Below are positions 1 through 8,779 of a stretch of DNA of 24,992 nt, piece after piece. A program made the position numbers and the translations under genes. This DNA comes from a virus (Duplodnaviria; Caudoviricetes), in the IMG/VR virus record IMGVR_UViG_3300045902_000392, positions 1 through 24,992 of that record; one strand, 5' to 3'. The notes under the pieces were generated by a model. That model worked only from the letters and a program-made list of their open reading frames with translations. It made no database searches and was not told where the DNA came from. Positions within the stretch are counted from its first letter, which is position 1, and every line of letters begins with the position of its first letter.

Positions 1-273
1 AAATCCATGCGCCATAACAATCTGTTCGGATGGGCATCCGGGAACAAAAAGTTCACCAGCGCGGAGCAATCTATCCAAATCGTCGGAGATGCTTTAGGGA
101 CCGCCCGGTGGTACAAGTCAAAAACATTCGTCGCGGCGATGCGGACATATAATCCGGCCAACCGATCCTACCCGGAGAAAGTGCGGCACGCCATGTTGCA
201 AATCGACAACGCTCCGGTCGGAACAATGCTCGTTCAACCCAATCAAGTCGCTGACGCAAAGATGCCTGAATAA
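1..273 (+). CDS. C-terminal part of a glucosaminidase/lysozyme-like cell-wall hydrolase (5' truncated)
   Basis: Frame open from base 1; NNLFGW...F.S.E.SI...WY....YNP...Y pattern resembles GH73-like glucosaminidases. Confidence 0.55.
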   Translation, partial: KSMRHNNLFGWASGNKKFTSAEQSIQIVGDALGTARWYKSKTFVAAMRTYNPANRSYPEKVRHAMLQIDNAPVGTMLVQPNQVADAKMPE

Positions 274-315
274 AATCTTTCGCATTTCACGGAACCTAGG
301 GTATGATTGTGACAT

Positions 316-1356
316 ATGAAGGCTGGTTCCGCCACCGCACCCTACACAGATGCCGTTTCTGCAATTCGACACATCGAAAATGCAACGACGGCATCTTTTC
401 TCTTTGGTGCTGACCCTGAAAAAACATACCGGATATTGGCACAATTGGTCCACCCGGACAAATTGGCGACGCAACCCGCCGCGATGCAAAAACGGGGAAA
501 TGATGCATTCGCCAAACTCAGTCAAATGTACGCGGCACTCAACGGCAAGACCGCACCAGTCGCGCCCGTTGTCTTCGGAAAGTGGATCGTCGAAAATCCC
601 ATCACCAGCGGAGACATCGCAGACCTTTACCAGATCACGGCCAGCACCCACAAACGCGCCGTCCTGAAGATCGCCCGATCCCACGGCGACAACGATCTGA
701 TGGACCGGGAAATCGCCGCTCTCAAGACACTGCAAAGTGACACCCGCTCCGACAAATTCAAGCACTACATTCCCCAAGCCATCGACAGCTTCAAAGCATC
801 CAATCGCCGCGCGGTCGTTCTCAGTATGGCTGAAGCGGAACTCCGGGAAGGCGGATTCGAACCGATGGTGTCGCTCGAACAGATCACATCGATCAAAGGG
901 AAGCTGGACATGCGGCATGTTGTCTGGATGACAAACCGGCTCCTGTCGGCTTTAGGATTCGTCCACAACAACGGAATCGTTCATGGTGCCATTGTGCCGC
1001 CACACCTGATGTACGGGCCGCTCTCACACACTTTAATGCTGGTAGATTGGTGCTATTCTATTGATGTGACGGCACCGACACACATTCCAGCTATCGTAAA
1101 GAACTACAAAGCGTGGTACCCACGGGAAGTATTGCGAAAAGAAAAACCGACTCCCGCGACCGACATTTTCATGTGGGCCATGATGGTACGGAACACGGCG
1201 GAAACCATTCCAACCCGGTTCAAAGGGTTGCTTGATTGGTGTTTGGCCGATTCTGCAAAAACACGTCCACAAAACGCTTGGGACGTACAAGATAAATGGG
1301 GTAAATTGGCACAAGAAGAATTCAGAAAGCCACGTTACCTCAAACTCACTCTCTAA
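316..1356 (+). CDS. J-domain-like (HPD) plus Ser/Thr kinase-like protein
   Basis: YR.LAQLVHPDK J-domain motif; kinase subdomains VLKIA, E, HNNGIVHGAIVPPH, LVDW, YPREV, TDIF, RP. Confidence 0.8.
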   Translation: MKAGSATAPYTDAVSAIRHIENATTASFLFGADPEKTYRILAQLVHPDKLATQPAAMQKRGNDAFAKLSQMYAALNGKTAPVAPVVFGKWIVENPITSGDIADLYQITASTHKRAVLKIARSHGDNDLMDREIAALKTLQSDTRSDKFKHYIPQAIDSFKASNRRAVVLSMAEAELREGGFEPMVSLEQITSIKGKLDMRHVVWMTNRLLSALGFVHNNGIVHGAIVPPHLMYGPLSHTLMLVDWCYSIDVTAPTHIPAIVKNYKAWYPREVLRKEKPTPATDIFMWAMMVRNTAETIPTRFKGLLDWCLADSAKTRPQNAWDVQDKWGKLAQEEFRKPRYLKLTL

Positions 1357-1377
1357 CCAACAAGGAAAATCAAACAT

Positions 1378-2382
1378 ATGGGCGGAACATCATTCTCCCG
1401 CGACGATTACGATGCACGCGAAGACTACCGTAGCAGCACCGGCACAACGGCATTCACTTACGATGCCGATGTGCGGGCCGGAAAAGCCATCGGCGTACAC
1501 GATCAAATGAACCCCTTCGGGGTGAAGTATCGCGAATCCCGCGACTCCCCGGAACACCCGATCACCATCCCTATTGGCGTGTCGATGGATCTGACCGGCT
1601 CCATGTCCACGGTGCCGAAGATTTTCCAGAAGGCCCTTGCGAAGTTGATGGGTCACTTTCTCGAAGACAAGGCCAGCGGCAAGCGCTACCTTGGCGAAGG
1701 ATACCCGGCCATCTGTATCGCGGGGCACGACGACTACGCGGCGATGGGCGGCGTGCAAGGCACCGTTCAGGTGGGTCAGTTTGAATCCGGCCTTGAAATC
1801 GACGACGATCTTGGGCGGCTGTGGTTCACTGGCAATGGCGGCGGCGGCGAACCCCGTGAAAGCTACGAACTGATGCTATACTTCTTCGCCCGGCACACGG
1901 CAACTGACCATTGGGAGAAGCGCGGTCGCAAAGGCTTCCTGTTCCTCTTCGGGGATGAAAAGGCTTACGCCCCGGTGAAAGCCGAACAAGTCCGGGCGCT
2001 CTTCGGCGACCAAATCGACAAGGACATTCCGATTAAAGACATTGTGCGGGAATGCTCCGAACGCTGGCACATTTTCTATGTACAGCCAAACATGACTTCC
2101 CACTGGCAGGAAGAACGCATCCTCAATTTCTGGCGCGAAACCATCAACCCGGAACACGTTCTCTTGCTGGACGACCCGAACAAGATTTGCGAACTCATCG
2201 TCTCTACGGTCGCGCTGTTCGAAGAGAACGCGGATCTGGCTGACCTGACCGCCGATGGTATCGCCACCGGGCTGGACAAGGCTCTTGTGCCGCTCTCCCG
2301 CAAGGTTGGCGACATCAGTAAGTACGATGCGTCCGGTCTTCCGGCGACAACTTCGACCAGCGGTGGTACCGAACGCCTGTGA
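1378..2382 (+). CDS. VWA-domain protein
   Basis: MIDAS-like DLTGSM, GNGGGGE..ESYEL, FLFGDE; AAGGA RBS upstream. Confidence 0.8.
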   Translation: MGGTSFSRDDYDAREDYRSSTGTTAFTYDADVRAGKAIGVHDQMNPFGVKYRESRDSPEHPITIPIGVSMDLTGSMSTVPKIFQKALAKLMGHFLEDKASGKRYLGEGYPAICIAGHDDYAAMGGVQGTVQVGQFESGLEIDDDLGRLWFTGNGGGGEPRESYELMLYFFARHTATDHWEKRGRKGFLFLFGDEKAYAPVKAEQVRALFGDQIDKDIPIKDIVRECSERWHIFYVQPNMTSHWQEERILNFWRETINPEHVLLLDDPNKICELIVSTVALFEENADLADLTADGIATGLDKALVPLSRKVGDISKYDASGLPATTSTSGGTERL

Positions 2383-3656
2383 TTCCACACGCACACATTG
2401 TAGCCGGGCTGACCTTCGGCGACGAAGGCAAGGGAACGTCGGTGGACTACCTTGCCCGGCTACATGGTGCGAATCTTGTTGTACGATACAACGGCGGGCC
2501 GCAATGCGCTCACAATGTCGTATTGCCTGACGGACGCCACCATACGTTCGCTCAGTTCGGGTCCGCCTATTTTGTGGTCGGGGTGAAGACCTACCTGTCC
2601 CGTCACATGCTTGTAGAACCATTCGCCTTACTCAATGAGGCCAAGACTCTACAGTCGGTGAACGGCGATAATCCTTTCGACAGGATCATCATTGATGAGG
2701 ACTGTCTAGTCATCACTCCGTTCCACTGGCTCATGAATCGTTGCCGGGAATCCCTTCGCGGTGATAATCGGCACGGTTCATGCGGCCACGGCGTCGGAGA
2801 AGCCCGCGCCGATCTATTGTCCGGCAAAACATCCCTCTTCGTCCGCGATCTCAAAAACCCCGCAATCACCGAAACCAAACTACAGTTGATCCGTAGCGAA
2901 AAAATTGATGCAATCCGCCGCTACGACATCGATCCAGAAACTCTTGACAATCGATCCGTCGAGGCCATCTACAACGAAAACGTCCGCGCGCTGTGCCACA
3001 TCTACCGGGACTTCCGCTCCCGTTTCGAGTTTGGCACCACCGACCGGCTGAAAGAAATGCTCACCAAGTCGGTGTCGATCTTCGAAGGGGCACAAGGCGT
3101 CCTTCTGGACGAACGGTATGGGTTTGCTCCCTACTACACATGGACCGATACAACCTTCGGTAACGCCCATGAACTTCTGAACGACACCGGCGTCGAATCC
3201 ACACGTATCGGTGTGTTGCGTACCATCTTGACCCGCCACGGTGCCGGGCCGTTCCCTACCGAATCAGAACAGGTCCGCTATGACGGCGACCACAATACAA
3301 CGAACGAATGGCAGGGACGCTTCCGTTTCGGACACATGGACATGCTGATGCTGAAATATGCTATGCGCGCCGCCGGGCCGGTCGATTCACTCTTCCTGAC
3401 CCATCTGGACAAGATCCCCGGTATGATGACGCGGTACTGTGTGTCCTATCAAGACATGGACGCTATTCCCTTTGGTGTGTCTACGAATCGGCTCATGAAC
3501 GCGGAACCGAAACAATACGACTACACCAAAAACATAACGCGCACCCTAGAGGATCATCTAGGAGTGCGCGTCGGGTATACTTCGTCTGGTCCGACCTATC
3601 AGGAGAAGACTAATCTTCTCCCATCAATGTTCCAATCCGCAAAACCTCTGCTTTAA
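2379..3656 (+). CDS. purA: Divergent adenylosuccinate synthetase (PurA-like)
   Basis: FGDEGKG, RYNGG, FEGAQG.LLD..YG..PY.T, TRHGAGPFPTE, LTHLD, SGP; GTGA overlap with the VWA gene. Confidence 0.85.
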   Translation: MIPHAHIVAGLTFGDEGKGTSVDYLARLHGANLVVRYNGGPQCAHNVVLPDGRHHTFAQFGSAYFVVGVKTYLSRHMLVEPFALLNEAKTLQSVNGDNPFDRIIIDEDCLVITPFHWLMNRCRESLRGDNRHGSCGHGVGEARADLLSGKTSLFVRDLKNPAITETKLQLIRSEKIDAIRRYDIDPETLDNRSVEAIYNENVRALCHIYRDFRSRFEFGTTDRLKEMLTKSVSIFEGAQGVLLDERYGFAPYYTWTDTTFGNAHELLNDTGVESTRIGVLRTILTRHGAGPFPTESEQVRYDGDHNTTNEWQGRFRFGHMDMLMLKYAMRAAGPVDSLFLTHLDKIPGMMTRYCVSYQDMDAIPFGVSTNRLMNAEPKQYDYTKNITRTLEDHLGVRVGYTSSGPTYQEKTNLLPSMFQSAKPLL

Positions 3657-4929
3657 CAGCGCGGGTAACGTCTTTGCCTTTCTTGGTCGCAGTCGCCTTT
3701 CCATCTTTGAAAGCGTGGAAGATGCTGGAGAATCTATAGGACTCTCCCTTCACGTCACCTTGAACCGGATGGTTGCGGAATTCGACCCGCAACTTACCTT
3801 CCCTGTACTCCATGAAAGAGCCAGCCATCGGAATGACCGTCACATCTTTGATTTTATGGTCGAACAGGTCACTCTTTATAAGGAACTCAACTCCCGCAAA
3901 CTTTGAAGCGAAGTTCTTCAGGATCAACCCCATTTGATCCGGGCTAACCGATTCCATGATATCTTCGCCAGCACATGCCTCTTCGGTTGGGTGATTGCTG
4001 TCACACTTATCACAGAACGGCGGCGCATCTTCCTTCACCACTTTGACCTTCTTCGGTTTTACTGATTCATTCCGAAGCTGGTACAGATCCCGGATGTCGC
4101 TGATCGCGTTCCGTCCCTTCGGTGTGATCGCACCACTCGAATTCACGTATTGCTTCACCTTAAGGTTGGCGACAATCGTGTCGTACTCAGTCGTGCTGAT
4201 ACCGGCATGACGCGCTTCGTCGCGGCGATAGGCGGGCTTGTAGGCGCGCAACAGCAACAGGACGATCTTCTCTTTCTTATCGAGATTGGTGCCGCTGTCC
4301 GGGAGCAACTGAGCGGCATTCTTGTCACTGATGATGAAGGTCAGTCCCATATCCTTGCCCATGAAAATGCTGTGCTGAACGACGCACATGTTTTCATGGA
4401 TCTTCACCGGCGCGATGCGCTTCGTGTTCGGATCACCGTTTTGCGGTACGGGAATTGACTTCAGCGTGACCAAATTCATGACCACGAAGTATTCACGCGA
4501 CCCACCGTCCCAATAGCTTGTTACGTCAACGCTGGCACCTTCTGGCATCACCTGAACCTTGAACTTCCGACCGGTGTAGTCGGGAAACGAGGCGTGCGCC
4601 AGCTTCTTCGCCATCGGATCGTTCGGTTCGAGCACGATGGTCTTGCTCTCATTGAGCAACTTTTCTTCGAGCTTGGTGGCGAAGACACCGGCTTCCGACA
4701 CATTGACCATTTCGGCCAGCTTGGTCGCCCCGGCAATTGTCTTGGCCCATTCCCGAAGCCGATTGATTCCTTTGTCGGTCATCGGCGCGGTGGCACCTTT
4801 GACTTTGCCGTCAGCAAACACACTGGCCCGAATGCGCGGACCAGATGCGCTCATCAAATTGGAGAAAACGACCAAGGCTTCTTTCACAGCCTTCGGTTTC
4901 TTGGTGGTGTCTTTCGGTTTGGTTGCCAT
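3610..4929 (-). CDS. Hypothetical, probable virion head/internal protein
   Basis: 439-aa ORF with Lys-rich N-terminus and repeated LNES/RNES/IMES sites; TAAATA box upstream at 4951-4956. Confidence 0.55.
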   Translation of the reverse strand: MATKPKDTTKKPKAVKEALVVFSNLMSASGPRIRASVFADGKVKGATAPMTDKGINRLREWAKTIAGATKLAEMVNVSEAGVFATKLEEKLLNESKTIVLEPNDPMAKKLAHASFPDYTGRKFKVQVMPEGASVDVTSYWDGGSREYFVVMNLVTLKSIPVPQNGDPNTKRIAPVKIHENMCVVQHSIFMGKDMGLTFIISDKNAAQLLPDSGTNLDKKEKIVLLLLRAYKPAYRRDEARHAGISTTEYDTIVANLKVKQYVNSSGAITPKGRNAISDIRDLYQLRNESVKPKKVKVVKEDAPPFCDKCDSNHPTEEACAGEDIMESVSPDQMGLILKNFASKFAGVEFLIKSDLFDHKIKDVTVIPMAGSFMEYREGKLRVEFRNHPVQGDVKGESYRFSSIFHAFKDGKATATKKGKDVTRAVKAEVLRIGTLMGED

Positions 4930-4966
4930 TATGAGTTTCCCGGAAGACAGTATTTACCTTTCGGCA

Positions 4967-5521
4967 CTATGCTTTGGATTTCGTAGTCGCCTTTTTCGCC
5001 GGTGCGCGTTTCCGGGGCTTCTTAGCCGCCTCAGCCTCTTGCGCGGGCGCGGGCGTACTCACGGGTACCGGCGCGGGCGTGGGAGCGCTCACGGGCGCGG
5101 GCGGGAGAAGATCGGGGAAGGCGGCGCGAACAAGGTCTTCGGTGATTTCCCAATCACTCAGATCCTTGGCGAAAATCTTCTCCACCAGCATGGCTTCAGT
5201 CACATGAATGGATTCAAGGATCTGAGCCAGCAAGTTTTCCTTCTTGGCTTGGTTGATGTGTTGCGCCGGTTTCTGGAAGAGATAGAAACGGCGGTACTCC
5301 GCATAGAGACTGTTGAAAGCCAGTCCAAGCGGAGAATCGTCCGGCGTGTACTTCGGAATCTCAGTGTCGAATTCAACAGTCGGATCGTATGCCAGCCGCA
5401 AGACTTCTCTTAAAGCCGGGGTGCCGACCGACCGGAGGTACGCGATCTTCTCATCAAGAGTTTCGAGTACAATTAGCCGATCAAAGTGTTCCGGGATCAG
5501 TAGCGATGTTTTCTGTGCCAT
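4967..5521 (-). CDS. Conserved T4-like phage protein (DUF6433-like) with Pro/Ala/Lys tail
   Basis: L...YDP...F....P.Y.P...L..E.RR.Y.F...K.E....Q.LE..H..EA pattern recalled from T4-like phages. Confidence 0.65.
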   Translation of the reverse strand: MAQKTSLLIPEHFDRLIVLETLDEKIAYLRSVGTPALREVLRLAYDPTVEFDTEIPKYTPDDSPLGLAFNSLYAEYRRFYLFQKPAQHINQAKKENLLAQILESIHVTEAMLVEKIFAKDLSDWEITEDLVRAAFPDLLPPAPVSAPTPAPVPVSTPAPAQEAEAAKKPRKRAPAKKATTKSKA

Positions 5522-5744
5522 CGCCTTGATTTAGCGTCGATGGAAACGCATCTTGAAGATATTTCAACAAATCGTAGTCTTCGACGTTGAAGGCATACCT
5601 ATGATTAACCTTCATCGCGCACATCAACATCTGCATAAGTCGCAAATCGGGATGGCGTTGCCAAAACTCAGCAATCCGGCGAAGGACTTCTTCTTTCTCT
5701 TCAGGGGTGTTGGCCCGGTTGGGAACCGGCTTTTTCTCTATCAT
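5481..5744 (-). CDS. Small phage protein (W...PDLRL.Q family)
   Basis: RIAEFWQRHPDLRLMQML motif; tightly packed in a minus-strand gene run. Confidence 0.65.
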   Translation of the reverse strand: MIEKKPVPNRANTPEEKEEVLRRIAEFWQRHPDLRLMQMLMCAMKVNHRYAFNVEDYDLLKYLQDAFPSTLNQGDGTENIATDPGTL

Positions 5745-5745
5745 A

Positions 5746-6096
5746 CTACCAATTTATCGTCATGGGCGGGAAAGCATGATTCGGCAAATGGAACCCCGGC
5801 TTGCTTTCGACGATCCCTTCCAGATGAGCGGACCATGTGTCCGCAAACCACTTAGGGACGTGTGATACAATGAACTTGTCTTGATCCCCATGAACGAAAA
5901 TTTCCGGGTATCGTGATTCATCATCATCACTATGAACCAACAGCGCACCTTGCGGGAAAGGATAGGCTTCAATCCCCTTGTCCCAAAAAGACTTAGCCCG
6001 GATGCCAATGACGAAGATGCTCCGATGATCGCGCAAGAGTTCTAGGAGTTCTGTGAATCCTAGTACTGATGTCATCGATGGGGCTTCTAGCGTCAT
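5746..6096 (-). CDS. Hypothetical protein
   Basis: Follows a sigma70-type promoter and abuts the next gene. Confidence 0.6.
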   Translation of the reverse strand: MTLEAPSMTSVLGFTELLELLRDHRSIFVIGIRAKSFWDKGIEAYPFPQGALLVHSDDDESRYPEIFVHGDQDKFIVSHVPKWFADTWSAHLEGIVESKPGFHLPNHAFPPMTINW

Positions 6097-6107
6097 TGTC
6101 CAATATC

Positions 6108-6137
6108 ACTATACCACGCCAAGGGCGGGCCTGTCAA
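6108..6137 (-). promoter_or_regulatory. Sigma70-type promoter TTGACA-N18-TATAGT
   Basis: Consensus hexamers with TG extension upstream of the 6096 ATG. Confidence 0.7.
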
Positions 6138-6143
6138 TAAATA
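6136..6143 (+). promoter_or_regulatory. T4-like late promoter box AATAAATA
   Basis: 7 nt upstream of the ATG at 6151; same box precedes dps. Confidence 0.6.
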
Positions 6144-6150
6144 CTTAAAT

Positions 6151-6657
6151 ATGATGTCCTTCAGCGACTTCAGCCGCATCCCGATGTCCCTGTTCGAAGA
6201 GGGCGGCGACACGATGTTCTACACATGGCGCGCCACAGATCGGGCAACCACGGTGAGTTTGCACCGGTTCGTTCAAACGCTGGTCGCGAATGGATCGCTT
6301 CCTTCTCCGTCTCTACTTCCGCCGGACATTCACATGTCCATCATCAGGTCAGAGAATGCCCTACCAAACTACGTGCCGGATAAACAGACGATCCGGGTCA
6401 AACCTCTCCAATGGCGACTGTTAGGCGGCAACCCAAACTACTACTTGGCAATCATCACCACACCACATGAGCGGATCAAGAAGCAACTGGAAATTGCCAA
6501 GAAGATGAAGGCTGAACTGGTCTTCCCCAACTTCCTTCCACACATCAGCGTCGCTCAGTTCAAGACCCGGCACATTGAATTCCAGCACCTTCCGCTACCA
6601 AAATTCGACATTGTGCTTGAAGCCGAAGAACGCCACAAATTCAACAAGTTCATGTGA
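6151..6657 (+). CDS. 2H phosphoesterase, Acb1/T4 57B-like
   Basis: Two HxS motifs (IHMSIIRS, FLPHISVA) at Acb1-like spacing and size; lies beside a tRNA cluster as T4 57B does. Confidence 0.7.
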   Translation: MMSFSDFSRIPMSLFEEGGDTMFYTWRATDRATTVSLHRFVQTLVANGSLPSPSLLPPDIHMSIIRSENALPNYVPDKQTIRVKPLQWRLLGGNPNYYLAIITTPHERIKKQLEIAKKMKAELVFPNFLPHISVAQFKTRHIEFQHLPLPKFDIVLEAEERHKFNKFM

Positions 6658-6666
6658 GAAACGAGG

Positions 6667-6864
6667 CTATCCCCAATCCACTTTCGATACCCGACCATCG
6701 GAGATTGAAAGTAGGATGCGGGTGTAGGATCGGTGGAGTCTATTCCTATAATCTAACCCGTCGCGCGACACGATCAAGTAATCGATGCCGTTGCGGGAAA
6801 GAAATTCCCGCGCACGTTGTTCGGTGTTGTGTAGCAAAACAGAGTACACGAATAGCCGATCCAT
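6667..6864 (-). CDS. Small hypothetical protein
   Basis: 65-aa ORF with protein-like composition, converging on the 2H gene. Confidence 0.5.
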   Translation of the reverse strand: MDRLFVYSVLLHNTEQRAREFLSRNGIDYLIVSRDGLDYRNRLHRSYTRILLSISDGRVSKVDWG

Positions 6865-7057
6865 CCACTAATTTAGCGGATGAGCACCCTTTCACCCGGC
6901 GAACCTGACTTTTTGCACTGGCGATGTTGTGCGCCAGCACTATTGCTTTTTCCGCCGCGATTTCGTCAAACTCCGGGAGCTTGGAAAGCACGGACTTGAA
7001 CTCCGTGACCAACCACGGCTCTGCTTGGAGCGTGACTGTAACAGTGTACAGCTTCAT
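6746..7057 (-). CDS. Hypothetical protein
   Basis: ATG downstream of TGGTATAAT; 3' end overlaps 6667-6864 extensively, so its extent is uncertain. Confidence 0.4.
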   Translation of the reverse strand: MKLYTVTVTLQAEPWLVTEFKSVLSKLPEFDEIAAEKAIVLAHNIASAKSQVRRVKGCSSAKLVDGSAIRVLCFATQHRTTCAGISFPQRHRLLDRVARRVRL

Positions 7058-7115
7058 GCCTATATTAGAGCGGATTATACCACCCATGTCAACCTAGTAA
7101 TTTGAACAGGTGTAT

Positions 7116-7192
7116 TGGAAGCCCCACCGGGACTCGAACCCGGATAGATCGGTTTAGAAGACCGATGCCTTATTCCGTTAGGCGATGGGGCC
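7116..7192 (-). tRNA. tRNA-Arg(TCT)
   Basis: Cloverleaf; TCGGT-CTTCTAA-ACCGA; encoded CCA. Confidence 0.9.
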
Positions 7193-7210
7193 GTGTATAA
7201 ATGCTCGAAG

Positions 7211-7435
7211 ATGACTGACAATCAGCGGGCCGCTCTACGGGAACTCATGAATACTCAACGCCACTACATTCTGGCCGCAACCCACTGCCCGGACCTTGTT
7301 CCAGACGCGCTACAGAAACTATGGTGTATCACGTCGATCATCGAAGACGGGATGGACATCAAACTCCATACGGCGGCGCAAATTGAAAAGACCGATGCCG
7401 AAGTTGCAGAGTTGAACCGAATGATGGTCCTTTGA
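7211..7435 (+). CDS. Small hypothetical protein
   Basis: ATG 7 nt after TATAAATG (7196-7203); fills the gap between two tRNAs. Confidence 0.55.
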   Translation: MTDNQRAALRELMNTQRHYILAATHCPDLVPDALQKLWCITSIIEDGMDIKLHTAAQIEKTDAEVAELNRMMVL

Positions 7436-7439
7436 AGGT

Positions 7440-7518
7440 TGGTGTCCCCGGTAGGATTCGAACCTACGACCTTCCGCTTAGGAGGCGGACGCTCTGTCCA
7501 GAACTGAGCTACGGGGAC
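7440..7518 (-). tRNA. tRNA-Arg(CCT)
   Basis: TCCGC-CTCCTAA-GCGGA; GGTTCGAATCC; CCA. Confidence 0.92.
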
Positions 7519-7588
7519 GCACGCGCTGGCGGCTCTTGTATTAGGGACCTTCGCTCTTACCTTCTGGAACGGTCAGGCAGACGGCCAG

Positions 7589-7990
7589 CTACTTCACGGT
7601 CGGGGCATCGGGCGGTCTGTCCGGGGTCCAAGTCTTGACCATCGGTTCCGCTGTGCGCATCCACACACTGTTGTTCACTCCTTTGGGTCCGTCCCACGGC
7701 GGTGAGCACCAGTACATGTATCCCTTTTCATCCACGCTGAAGGCTCCCGTGCCAACGGTGGAACACGCGCCCGGCCCGGCGGGTGGTAACGTCCTGTACA
7801 CCACATATGCTCCATCCGGGAGCGCTTCACAGTTCCTATCCGCGACACATACCACAATCGTGCCGGGGCGCGGTGTGATGATGCCGTATAGATTCCGCAC
7901 TTGATTCTTCATATCGGCGCGCGTCTGTGCGTACACAATTGCACCAAAGAGCAACAGTAAGCAACCGATGATGATGTCGCGGGTCTTCAT
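7589..7990 (-). CDS. Secreted/membrane-anchored hypothetical protein
   Basis: N-terminal hydrophobic signal-like segment; CTAAATA box upstream. Confidence 0.6.
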   Translation of the reverse strand: MKTRDIIIGCLLLLFGAIVYAQTRADMKNQVRNLYGIITPRPGTIVVCVADRNCEALPDGAYVVYRTLPPAGPGACSTVGTGAFSVDEKGYMYWCSPPWDGPKGVNNSVWMRTAEPMVKTWTPDRPPDAPTVK

Positions 7991-8006
7991 GAGCGAAACT
8001 ATTTAG

Positions 8007-8143
8007 GGGCCAGCAAATTGATCGGCCAAGGAATCTAGTCCGCTGACCTACCACTGGTCAACACCACCCACCAAAGGATGATGACGGGAATCGAACCCGC
8101 GCATGGCGGTTTGGGGCGATAACCTTGATCCTACGGCTGGCCC
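8007..8143 (-). ncRNA. YrlA-like Y RNA with circularly permuted tRNA body (Trp CCA-like loop)
   Basis: Terminal helix GGGCCAGC/GCTGGCCC, GGTTATC, T arm GCGGG-TTCGATT-CCCGT, looped acceptor CATCATCC/GGGTGGTG, then D arm GACC-AGTGGTA-GGTC; TGGTATGAT just upstream. Confidence 0.75.
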
Positions 8144-8182
8144 ATGTGAATATCATACCACACGCCCGCAATAAATAGAAGC

Positions 8183-8779
8183 ATGAAGGGCTTTCACCAG
8201 TTTCTCAAGGAATCCGTAGCCGACCATTCCACGGAGCACGAACTACCTATTCTGTTGGCGGACTTGCACGTGGTATCGATCAAGGTTCACAACTTCCACT
8301 GGAATGTGCGCGGTCCCTTCTTCGGCCCGCTTCACAAGCTGTTCGATGACATCTATGGTCACCTGAACGAACACATCGATGTGGTGGCCGAACGCATGCG
8401 TGCGCTTCGACTGGTCGCGCCCGGCTCCATGCAAGAGTTTCTGGACCTTGCTACGATCCAAGAAACCCCCGGCCAACTACAACCGGCAAAGAACATGCTC
8501 TTGGATCTTCACACCGATCTAATCGATCTCTCCGACCGGCTCAACACAATCATGAATGATGTGAACGACGAAGGCACCAAGAACATGATCGCCGATATGA
8601 TCGAATCCATCGACAAGGATGCTTGGTTCGTTCGCTCCCACGTCGCAACCGACGAAGAGTTGGAAGACAATGAACGGGAACCTGAACCGGAAGAAGAGCC
8701 TGAAGAGGACGATGACGCCGCCGATGATGAAGAGGCGGATGAGGAAGAAGACACTGACGAAGACGAAGAAGAGGAATGA
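8183..8779 (+). CDS. dps: Dps/ferritin-like DNA-protection protein with acidic tail
   Basis: HNFHWNVRGPFF..LH.LFD, D.VAERMRAL, DEGT, DK.AWFVRS. Confidence 0.92.
   Translation: MKGFHQFLKESVADHSTEHELPILLADLHVVSIKVHNFHWNVRGPFFGPLHKLFDDIYGHLNEHIDVVAERMRALRLVAPGSMQEFLDLATIQETPGQLQPAKNMLLDLHTDLIDLSDRLNTIMNDVNDEGTKNMIADMIESIDKDAWFVRSHVATDEELEDNEREPEPEEEPEEDDDAADDEEADEEEDTDEDEEEE

Noticed and set aside
2379-3656. PurZ / Z-genome pathway
   Set aside because: Catalytic motif is GDEGKG, not the Ser-type PurZ motif, and no datZ or mazZ is seen in the window
4637-5413. 258-aa plus-strand ORF
   Set aside because: Antisense to two better-supported minus-strand genes
7074-7092. TTGACA...TATAAT as a canonical promoter pair
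   Set aside because: Spacer is only 7 nt; only the extended -10 is credible
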